The translations under genes were made by a program, and so were the position numbers. Source: Pavona decussata (taxonomy: Eukaryota). Taken from it: DNA of 64,000 nt. The first letter of the stretch is position 1. Each line of letters begins with the position of its first letter. Of this stretch, positions 38,101 to 50,100 are shown one piece after another. The DNA lies in the NCBI GenBank assembly GCA_977016875.1, contig CDRNST010000088.1, positions 1,240,001 through 1,304,000 on the forward strand, in the 5' to 3' direction. The notes under the pieces were generated by a model. That model saw only the letters and a list, made by a program, of their open reading frames with translations, had not been told where the DNA came from and did not search any database.

Positions 38101-41100
38101 TTCATCCGTGATCTTGGCCCACGAGGTCATAGACTGATTTAGTTGCCAAATTTTCGGTTAAACAAAACTAACCTTGAGGCACTCAGGTTAGCCTAAAAAA
38201 CACTCCGGTTAGCCTAAAGAACACTCCAGTTAGCCTAAATAGCACTTAGGTTAGCTTAAATAGCTCCCCGGTTAGCTTAACGGGTAGCAGTTTATGTTGG
38301 GGTTTTTCATGCCTCGCATGTTTCGTTCATGTTTACAATATGCGATCAAGATGTGCGAGGCATTCCTCACGGCCCGAAAACAAAGAACGCGACCGAGAAT
38401 TTAAAGAATTTGATAACACGACAGAAAACGTAACTCGTACCAGCGGAGTACAAAAAATGAGACCGAGAACAATAACTCATGGCCCGAAGTCTTATCTCTC
38501 GGCCGATCACGACCCCAAAGAGAAAAAAGAATTTGATAATGCTACCGAAACCTTAACTCGGTCTGCCTTACGGCCCGAGTAATAAAACTGATTGTGTGGA
38601 GTGGTACTTAGACATAGAGGGGTTTCACAGTAATTCAAATTTTCACAGATGTGAACAAAAATTGGGCAGATCCAGGGTACTGACTTTAAAATCCTTTAGC
38701 ACATACTGTAACATTTCTAAAATGTAATTCATGACCACAACTTGAATCTACAGGTACATGCATGACCTTTGTTAAGGCTTTTTAAAGCTTCTAAGAAACT
38801 ATTCATGATATCTGAGCTTCAAGGAATGCAGACAAAAATCAGTGTGACATCCTCAACACAATATTCATTGCTAGACCTTGTTATTTTTACACTTTCAGGT
38901 TTTTTTCAAAAGTAAATGGCAAAAATCTCCTCATGCTATAATCAGATTCATGTACTTTTTTCCAGTAGAGTCCAACATGGCATGACTGAAATATAAGGTG
39001 CCAGTGTAAAGTCTGTTTATTTACTTGCTATATGTACTTCAGCTGCTATCAGACAGATACATGTAGCATTGAAGTTATTTGGAGTGGAAGGTATAGAGCA
39101 ATGAGATATCTGGAAAACTTGTACTGTTTATATTTAGCACCAACCGACCTGCCTCAACAAAAATTATATGTACATGTATGTATGCCGGTTTGTATGTATG
39201 TATGTATGTATAATGTTGAGGATATGACATATAAATACCCAGGTCAAAACAAACAATTTTGATGAAGCAACAAGTTTTTATACTGTAAAATCAAAGGATA
39301 CTTACCATGGTCCATACATGAAGTCCCACTGATAATGCTAAGTACAATATTGAGATTATTATGGTTGTCTTGAACTTCCTTATAAGGAGTGACACCAATC
39401 CAGCTTGAAAAATGTAAGTGTTAAAAAACACCAAAAATACCACGATGATTGCAAAGATAATACAGAGGTCTTGAATTCTGCCAAGAAGAAAAAAGAAAAA
39501 AACAGACAGTTTGACAGAAAAAATAAATGATACTCAAAAGCTACCCAGTTTATTAGTGCAAAAGTGTATTCATGTATTAAAAATTGCCCTTAATTCCTTA
39601 ATTTGCTAATGCCAAATGAAGACTTAATTTCAACCAAATTGTTAATATTTTGATAGCAACAGCCATTTGTTTTGTTGTCTAACAGTGCTGTACAACTGAA
39701 GCTTAGACAAGGTTTTCCAGCATAAACCAACTAGGAATAATACTACACTTCAAGCATTATTAGCTCTCTTTAATGAATGACAAGATCCAATTATCACTTT
39801 AAGATGTAGTAGTCAGAATAATTTCCTCTCAAAACTCTATACTTGTAAACCTTCTAAATTATTTTATTATTATTGGAAAATTGCATCTATGGGACCACAG
39901 AAGAGATAACAAACACCCCGACTTTCAGAGATTTAAGGTCGGACTGAAACGTTTAATTATCAAATTGAACATTATATTACATGTAGTTTTAAAAACAAGA
40001 ATTCTAATTTGTTTAAAAAGAAATGGATCTTTCCACCTTCTCTATTATTCACCTAAGGATATTTTTTCTGTGTAATGTTTTTAATATTTCTCTTTAATTT
40101 TTGGACTAGCTTTTGGACTCTTTTTAGCATGTTTAATTTTGTCTGATTTTTTTAGCATGTTTAATTTTGTTTGTCAATTGTCAATAATATTTACTGTATT
40201 GTAATTATTATTATAAAATCAGTTTTGAATTTGTTTAAAAAAAACTAGGAATACGTGTATTACTGCTGCCCCCAACCAACTGGATGGGATGGTACATTGT
40301 AACCCACTGGATCTTGCTGGTTTTGATAACAGTTTATTATTACAGTCTCCAATAAAAAAAGAATGAGGAAATGCCAGCGATTCGCAAGAACACAGTCTCT
40401 TTTACTGATGTTTCCAGACTTTAATAAGGTTTAACTTGTCTCTCAACACCGTGAGAACTAAAGATTAAAATGTTTACAAATTACTCAACTGTACAAGATT
40501 ACGCGGATGAAAAATAATTGTTGCGCTAAACAAAAGGTAAAAATTACAATTTACGCAAATGGATAAAAAACAACTAAATGAAAACGCTAAGTACAGTGAC
40601 ATTGACTTGCATTAATATAAATGAAAATTAGAAAACAATACAAAGCAACAAAACTTAAGTTACAAGCGTCGCTAAGTACGCGTACGCTAATTGAAACATT
40701 AACTCGTAATAACATAAGCAGCGAAAATATTTACCTTGGTGCTGCCTTCGAATAACTGGAACGATAGTTTCTACTTTAGCTTGGTAGACTTTAACTTGAA
40801 CTTTCTTGCACTTTGTTGCACTTAAAAACCTTAACTTAACTTGGACTTTTACTTACTTCTTGAACTTGCTTACGACTTGTGACTTGTGACGAAAAAACTG
40901 AAACAGTTTGACTTTTTACTTAACTTGCGCTGTCGCGTGCCCTGTCGTGATCGTGTCGTGATCGGCAAGAGCGCGGGCTATTTAAATTACGCGCTTTCTA
41001 GAAACTTCTAGATAGTTCTACAAAAGACTAAAAGCATTACTTACGGAAAACCATTACTTAAATAAGCCGATTCCTAAAATAAATTACCGGCCTTTCTTAA

Positions 41101-44100
41101 ACAAATAACAACTTGATAAAACGTTAACAATATAAACAAATGCCGTGACTCTCACGGTTTCTTGCGGTAGCTACACTCCCACCAAATTATTAATGATTAT
41201 CTGAGAGAACCTTCACAAAATCATGAATAATTTCACGATATCACTGAGATTTGAAACTACTTTAATTTGGATCAGCGCCTTCTAAGAGAAGAACCACTTT
41301 CTGGATCGGCCTTTCGATCACGGATGATTGGGAATTGTTTCTCTCCTTCTCGGAACCTTTAACACCCAGCTTGATTCTGACCGAGCGAACGAGACCATCT
41401 TTATCTGGCGTTGTGTCCATAATCTTGCCAAGGGGCCACTCATTTCGTGAGGTCTCATGTTGCACGATGACGATATCTCCAATCTTCAGATTTCTTCTTG
41501 GTACTGACCATTTTTGCCTTGAATTTAAGGTGAGGAGATACTCTTTTCGCCATCTACCCCAAAACTGCTCTGCAAGATATTGTACCTTTCGCCATCGCTT
41601 TCGGGCGTAGATATCTTCTTGAACGAAATTTCCTGGTGGCGGGGAGATTAACGTGTTCTTCATGGTCAACAGATGATTTGGAGTTAGAGGCTCTAAACTC
41701 TTGGGGTCATTCAGGGTTTGGCAGGTCAATGGGCGGCTGTTGATGATCGCCATAACTTCATAGAAAAAGGTGCGAAGAGATGACGTGTCAAGTCTTCCCT
41801 TGAAATCTGTGAGAATATCATTGAGGATGCTTCTGGTTGTCCTCATTTGCCTTTCCCATACTCCTCCCCGATGACTTGAATACGGAACATTCATGACGAA
41901 ATCACAGCGATTCTTCGTGAGATATGATTGAATCTTATCGCCGTCCAGCTCCTTTAGGGCACTTGCCAGTTCGTTTCTTGCTCCTACAAAGTTTGATCCT
42001 TGATCAGACCTTAGCTGCTGAACAGGTCCTCGGATGGCGATGAAGCATCTTAATGCGTTTATGAAGGCATCGGTTGTCATGTCATCCAACTCTTCTATGT
42101 GTACTGCGCGAGAGCTCATGCAAGTGAATATCACTCCATATCTCTTCAAATCTTTGCGTCCTTCTTTGACGATAAACGGACCAAAACAATCCATCCCACA
42201 ATACGTAAACGGAGGAGTGGACTCTACTCTTTCTTGGGGGAGAACAGCCATCTTTTGACCTTCAGTTGATCTCCTTTGTCGTCTACATCGCACACATTTA
42301 TGGATGTGTGAGGATACTGCGGCGGACAGGCCTAGGACCCATAGTCCATTAGAACGAATCTCATTCATAGTCATTCCTTTTCCTTGATGTCTCACCTTCT
42401 TGTGAAAATGACCAATTATCAGGTCGGTGATGTGAGAACTTCTTGGTAAGATGATCGGGTGCTTCAATTCAAACGGCAAAGTGGATTTTTCAAGTCTTCC
42501 TCCAACTCGCAGCAAGCCATGATCGTCAAGAAAGGGATCTAACTTCAGGAGAGGACTATTCTTTATGAGCCTGCAGTTTTCTCCTTGGTTGCTGAGTCTT
42601 CTTATCTCATCCTCGAAAGCTGTGCGTTGCACCTCCTTGAAGATGAGTATTTCAGCTTCTTGTCGTTCAGCTACCGATGTGATAACTGTTTTTGGCTTGT
42701 TCTTGTTTGAGAGTCTCTTTAGGTATGAAACTACTCCCACTGCCTTGGCCCAGTCGGAGAATCTTGTCATGCAGTCGACGAGGCTAAATGAACTTTTGGT
42801 TGTAGTTGCGAGGACGGTGGATCTAACTTCTGGGTCCCCAATCTGAATGGCAGGAATTCCTTCTTCACCCAATGAAATTTCTTTCTCCCACAGAAAGGCT
42901 GGTCCACTGAACCAATCAGACCCCATCAACTCCAGGACGCTTACGCCCCTGGATGCGTGGTCAGCGGGGTTGCTTTTGGTGTCGATGTACCTCCATTCCT
43001 TGGGATCTGTGTTGGACCTTATCATCTGCACTCTATTTGCAACGAACGTATGGAATCTCTTGGCCTCATTGTTGATGTACCCAAGTACTACTTTCGAATC
43101 TGTCCAGAAGTACTGCTTAAGGCTTGCGTAGTTCAATTCTTCCTTTAGCATCACGCCAATCTTTGCTGCTACAACCGCTGCTGTAAGCTCCAGTCTTGGT
43201 ATAGTGGTTATCTTCGATGGAGCAACGCGAGATTTTCCCATTACCAGTGCAACGTTAACGTTGTCGTCTTCATCTTTGACTCTCAGGTATGAGCACTGTC
43301 CGTATCCGAATGTGCTAGCATCTGAAAAATTGTGTAACTCGTAGGTCTTTCTTTGACCTGTCATCTTTGGCTCAAAACATCTTGGTATTTTCAGCTCTCT
43401 TAAACGTAGAAGATCTATCTTCCATTGCTCCCACCTTGGCCTGAGTTCTTCGGGTAGTGGATCGTCCCAACTGATGCCCTTCTGACATACTTCTTGGAGA
43501 ATCTTCTTTGCTCTTAGGACCAAGGGGGCGAGGAATCCAAGGGGGTCATAAACGGAAGCTACGGTCGACAACACACCTCTTCTAGTCAGGGGTTGATCCT
43601 TCAGGACGATGGAGAAACCAAAGCAGTCCAGCTCCACCGACCATTGCACACCGAGAACTCTTTCTATCGGGAGCTGTTCTGACGGTAGATCCAACTTGAT
43701 GTCAACTGCTCTTTCACTCTTTGGTACTGACTCGAGTACTGAACGATCGTTTGAGACGAACTTGTGTAGACGAAGGCCGCCACTTTTACAAATTTCTCGA
43801 GCGCCTTGGATAAGACCTTTTGCTTGCTCCACGGATTGTACACTGGCTAGTCCGTCATCTACGTAGAAATCATGCGTCATGAACTGGGCTGCTGCAGGGT
43901 GCACTTCTTTCTCTTGATTCGCCATGTACTTGAAGGCGTAACTGGCACAACCAGGCGATGAGGTCGCACCAAACAGATGCACTTTCATTCTGTGCTCTTT
44001 GGGTTCTTGGCTGACGTCGCCGTTTGGCCACCAGAGAAATCGAAGGTAATCTCTGTCTTCTTTGTGTACGACGAACTGATGGAACATTTTCTCCACGTCA

Positions 44101-47100
44101 CAAGTTATGGCGTAGGGATATCTTCTGAACCTGCACAGAACACCGATCAAATTATTGGTCAGGTCGGGTCCGCTGAGCAAGTGATCGTTCAGAGAAGTTC
44201 CCTTGCACTTCGCTGAACAGTCAAACACCACTCTGATTTTGTTTTTCTTTGGGTGATAGACACCATGATGCGGTATATACCACTTTACGTCTTCTCGATC
44301 AGCTGCTGGGGCTTCTTCGGCGTCTCCTCTGCTTAAAATTTCGTTCATGAACTTGATATAATCTTCTTTATACTTTACATCTTTTAGAAATCTTCGTTTC
44401 AGGTGCTCAAGTCGTGTGAGTGCAGTGGAGCGATTGTCAGGTAGTAGAGGTCGTTCCTTAAATGGTAATGGCATCTCGTAGTGTCCGCTGTCTGCTCTTT
44501 TGATGCCTTCTTCCATGATCTTTAGAAATTGCAGGTCTTCTTGAGAGGTCATTTTTCCATCTTTCTTCTCATGAAAGTCTGACTCGAGGACACGTATTAC
44601 TTCACCCATTGTTACGACTGGTACTTCTTTTACGGCGACTCTGTGGCAAAAGGATCTTCCACTGTTCACGTTAGCAGTGCCTACGATACTCCAACCGAGA
44701 TCTGTTCTGATCCCATATGGCTCATTGGACTTGCTAGCGATAACTTCTCTTGGCGTTAGTGCTTGAGAGCAGTCGTATCCGATAAGTAGACCAACGTTGC
44801 AGTCCAACAAATCTTGCATGTCGTCTTCTATTGCTCGTAGGTGATCCCATCTCTTAGCAGTGGATTTTGTAGGTATGTGACCTTCATCGGTGGGAATCAC
44901 AGTTCTTGTATATGCTGTAGGGATAGGGATCTTGAGATCTGAATTATATCCTCTTACTTGGAGACTTAAGACCTTTTCGCTGTTAACAAGTAACTCTTGA
45001 CTCGTGATGGTGCTTAATCGAAGTTTCGTCGGCTCTGTTTCTGCGCCAAGCTCGTCACAGGTTTCCTTTAGAATGAACGTAGCGTCACTCTGTGTGTCTA
45101 AGATAGCGTAGACCAGTAGTTCCTTGTCAGGTCTGGAGCTTGATGATAACCACACAGGAACTATCATTGAGGTGCTAGTAGTTGAAACACCTTGTGAAGT
45201 GTACGAAGTTGACTTGGGAACGCTCCTGGATTCACTGTCACTTCTGTCTTCTTTCTTCTCTGGGGCACTTCGGTTTTCATGGAGACAGGTGGGATGCTTC
45301 TTCTTGCACATAGAGCAAGTCAATCTTTTTCGACAATCTTTGGACGCATGACCTTTCCTCAGGCATCCGAAGCAGAGTCTGTTTTCTTTGATGAACTCGA
45401 GTCTTTTCTCGAGTGCTTCAGTCTTGAACTTTAAACAAGCATCTAAGTGATGATCTGTCTTCTTACAGAATGTGCATTCCACCTGTTGTCTTAGATCTCC
45501 CTTTGGCTCTTTTAAATTTTCTTCAGTTGTCTTGGCGGAGAAGATAGTCTTGTTCCCTTTGATATCTTTGTTTCTTTGTCCCTTGTGTACGTTGTCTGAC
45601 ATTTCTAACTCCTTCACAGCGTTGCAGGAAGAAATTGGGTTGCACACCAGATCGGCTTCGGAAGTGACGAAGGTGACGAATGCCTTGAAATCCGGATACG
45701 TTTTGTGTTCTTTCAGGTGTTTATTTGCTTCTCTGTTCCATCGTGCGATGAACCAGTCCGGTAACTTGACGAGTAACTTCTGATTTTCGATGTAATCGTT
45801 TAGGACATTGAGGCCTTGTATTACTTGCATTGCGGTTAGCACGCTTGATAGGAAATCAGCAAACTTCCTGAGGCCTTGATGATCTCTAGCACCGATCTTC
45901 GGCCATCGTTGTAACTTATCTCTGTAAGCCTTTGTTATGATGAAGGGGTGACCAAACCTCTCATCTAAGATGCTCCACGCCCTTTCGTACGCTTCTGAGG
46001 AGTTTTGCAGGAAGAGACCACTAATAGCTTCTCTGGCGGCTCCACCAACGTATCGTTTCAAATAGTACATCTTATCACTTGGCGGCAAGGCTTTTCGGTC
46101 AATTAGAGCATGGAAACAGGACTTCCAGTCTGGATACTGAATAGGTTCACCACTGAAGACAGTTGGCTCAGGTACTGGGAGGCGGCTTAAACTAATTGAG
46201 TCAGTTATTGCGGTGATAATCGCGGCGGTACCGTCTGCTTTTGGTGTTGAATCTTGGCAATCAGAGGACCGGCGTTGATCAACTTGACCATGTGGGAGTT
46301 GATTGCTTTCATCAAAAAGGTACAACTGATTTACTTGCTGAGAGTGCTGATTGGACTGCGATAGCGGTCTGGGAGCATTTACAACTGTCGTCGAATCTTT
46401 GATCGGTATAGGCTGAGGGAAAGATGTTGGAGTTGTCTCACGGTTTGTCTGTAGAGTCGGAGGTGTGTGTAAGATATGATCTTCAATGGAATCCGCGTCG
46501 TCTTCCGGTTGTTCGACTTCTTCATATACCATTAACCTGGCTCTTGCTATCTCTATCTGTTTCTTCACTTCCATTTGTTCCAACTCTAGTTTTCTCCGCG
46601 CGAGTTCGTTCTCCATTTTCGCTGTTTCCGCTCTAAATTGCGCTTCCATTTTCGCTGTTTCTTCTTTGAGTTGCGCTTCCATCTTCGCTGTTTCTTCCTT
46701 ATACTTCGCCTCTTCTTGTAGAGCGTCGAACTCGGCTTGTTTCGCGGCCAGTTCTGCAGCTGCATCAGCCTTCTTTAAGTCTATGGAGGATGCCCTTGAA
46801 GATCTGCTGGCTCTTGACCTTGCGGATGCTTTACTGTAGACTGACCTTTTGTCCTCACCGTTGCGTGACTGTTCCTTTCTGAAGGACTGTCGATCGATTT
46901 GATGTTGTAGATTGCGTGTCTCTGCGTCGCAGGTGTCCACCATGCGGAGGATTTCTTGTCGTGGTAGTCGTATTTGTCGAAGCTTCTCGTAGACTTTGTG
47001 GACATTTTCGCAGTGAGTTTGTAGGTTGGAGATCCTTTCGTCTTTCTCCCCTTGCGATGTTGGTGCTTCACTGGCCAAGAACGTTTCGATTACCGTGACT

Positions 47101-50100
47101 TCCTTTTTCCATGTTTCGTAAACTCCGTTGAATTTCTTAAGTAGGCGATCTTCTTCTTTTTCTTTTTCTTCGCGGCGACATTCTTGATACGCCTGACCCT
47201 TTTCGGTTAAAGTTCGCTCTCGAGTACTTCTTGGATGTTCTTCGTGTTGACTTTCGATAGAGTCCGTGAGCACGCTTTTATCTCCATTTTCCTTGTCGAC
47301 CGATAACGATAGCGGCTCCTCAACGGGGATTTCTGAATCGGACATTTTACGCTAAATATACGCTTAACCTTCTTAACTTTAAATATAGTTATATAGTAAT
47401 AGCACAGTCGACTTGTATTAAAATAATTCGAGCGAACGAACTGTGCGATGTTTTTAAAATGTACTTAGATTTAATAAATGGGAAATAAATATGCGACAAA
47501 CTTTAAAGTACTCTTCCAAGTTACACTAAATTAACTACTTCAAGATCTGTTTCTTTCTACGGTAGTAAGGCTTCTTAACTTCAATAGTGTCTCTTAGAAT
47601 TCAAACGTTTCAACGTAAATAAAGACTTCTTTAACTTATAATATACTGTATTTACTGCGAAATCCGCGTGCGAAACGTTGATTCTTGACCTTTGGACTTG
47701 TTTACATCGCTTCACTCGGTTGGTCACGCGCAATCATCTCGTTGGTCGACCTGGTCACGCGCCATCACCACCGGCGTGAATTTGCGTCGTGATTTTTGAT
47801 GTTTGGTTGCACCAAGTTCTCACTGTCGCTCCAGCGATTCGCAAGAACACAGTCTCTTTTACTGATGTTTCCAGACTTTAATAAGGTTTAACTTGTCTCT
47901 CAACACCGTGAGAACTAAAGATTAAAATGTTTACAAATTACTCAACTGTACAAGATTACGCGGATGAAAAATAATTGTTGCGCTAAACAAAAGGTAAAAA
48001 TTACAATTTACGCAAATGGATAAAAAACAACTAAATGAAAACGCTAAGTACAGTGACATTGACTTGCGTTAATATAAATGAAAATTAGAAAACAATACAA
48101 AGCAACAAAACTTAAGTTACAAGCGTCGCTAAGTACGCGTACGCTAATTGAAACATTAACTCGTAATAACATAAGCAGCGAAAATATTTACCTTGGTGCT
48201 GCCTTCGAATAACTGGAACGATAGTTTCTACTTTAGCTTGGTAGACTTTAACTTGAACTTTCTTGCACTTTGTTGCACTTAAAAACCTTAACTTAACTTG
48301 GACTTTTACTTACTTCTTGAACTTGCTTACGACTTGTGACTTGTGACGAAAAAACTGAAACAGTTTGACCTTTTACTTAACTTGCGCTGTCGCGTGCCCT
48401 GTCGTGATCGTGTCGTGATCGGCAAGAGCGCGGGCTATTTAAATTACGCGCTTTCTAGAAACTTCTAGATAGTTCTACGAAAGACTAAAAGCATTACTTA
48501 CGGAAAACCATTACTTAAATAAGCCGATTCCTAAAATAAATTACCGGCCTTTCTTAAACAAATAACAACTTGATAAAACGTTAACAATATAAACAAATGC
48601 CGTGACTCTCACGGTTTCTTGCGGTAGCTACATACGTGTATTACTGCTGCCCCCAACCAACTGGATGGGATGGTACATTGTAACCCACTGGATCTTGCTG
48701 GTTTTGATAACAGTTTATTATTACAGTCTCCAATAAAAAAAGAATGAGGAAATGCCGAGCAAAGTTTCTTGACCAATGAAACAACGCAATGGCAGGGCCA
48801 GGCTTGAAACATGGATCTTCAGATTGAAAGTATGACACATAAGCCACTACACAACTACGCTCTTACGAGCTAAATTAATTAAAATGAACCAAAACAAATT
48901 AACAACTACTAGATGTGACACGCTGTTGTGCCTTGTTCAACAAAAATTGGGACTTCAAAGTTGTACCAGACCTTTGAGTAACACAATCCAGCACCATCTT
49001 TGAGTGACCAATCCAAAACATCAACAACAACAAAAGAAACAAACAAACAAAAAACACTAAAAAGTAAAGCCTACTTCTTGTACCCAATCCATGACAAAAT
49101 AATGGTAAATAAAACAAGACTCTTTCATAGCTTTCAAATGGTGCTCAATTTAGAAAATCAAATCATAAATAACTGTGATATTATAAAATTGATTTTTGAA
49201 CATTTCCATTTTCTTATTACTGTAAGTTCCCACCCAAAACATCAGTAAGAGAATTTTTGAAGAAACATAGGGGAGGGAGGGAGGGAGGGAGGGAGGGAGG
49301 GGGGATTAACATTCCTAGCCCCCCTCTCTCTCCAGCTCTGCTGTCTCTACCAGTTTGTACATGGGCGTTATGTACATGTACATGTAATAGTAGTAACAAG
49401 AAGACAACATTTGACAAGAAATTTAAACTGTAAGATGCACAAAATTTACTGTTATGGAATTTTGGCAGCTGTTATTCAATAATACGTTTGTTAGCTCTAC
49501 AAGCTTATGAGTAAGCAGCTTAATACAATTTTTATATTAAGCTGCTTACTTATTGCAAACAAGACATTTCACCCATCCTTACAATGCAATAACCCAGCTT
49601 TATTTGTAGGAATTTTTTACCCAAGTTGAACAAAAGAGCACTTGATGTACACGTATACCCCAATGAATAAATGAGAGCTACTGATTCAGTGTATATACAT
49701 GGATTCTTGGCAGTTACTTAGGGATTATTATATGATGGGTGACTCAGTTTTCAATCTATCACAGATGAAGCTTACACTGCAGAAACGAACTTGTAATTTC
49801 CAATTCCCAATCAAAAACCATGCCACACAGGATCATAATTAAGGTGACAAACTGCATAACAATTACTAAAATCCTATTATTGCCTTATAATGTGGACCCA
49901 ATATGTATGTCATAATTATTAGGTATGCATCTAATATAAACACTGTTAGAAATGTTGTATTAAAGGGGGGAAAAGGGGGTTCCTTTATGATTTTAGCAGA
50001 AAAATAAGCAACAAAGTTATCACAACATGCTACTATGCCACAATGAAAATAGAAATATTAATCTGTAAAAGATCAGATATTTTTAGCATGCTCATCTGCC

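Larger units (their letters stand above)
40374..48632 (-). mobile_element. Full-length BEL/Pao LTR retrotransposon in TMEM138 intron 1
   Basis: 5' LTR 47824-48632 (809 bp, TG..CA); 3' LTR 40374-41175 (lacks terminal 7 bp); PPT GGTGGGAG at 41176-41183; about 3 LTR differences seen by eye. Confidence 0.97.

Noticed and set aside
41335-47098. Plus-strand ORFs within the BEL element, and similar ORFs opposite the GPCR and the paralogues
   Set aside because: Antisense or alternative-frame shadows of real CDSs.
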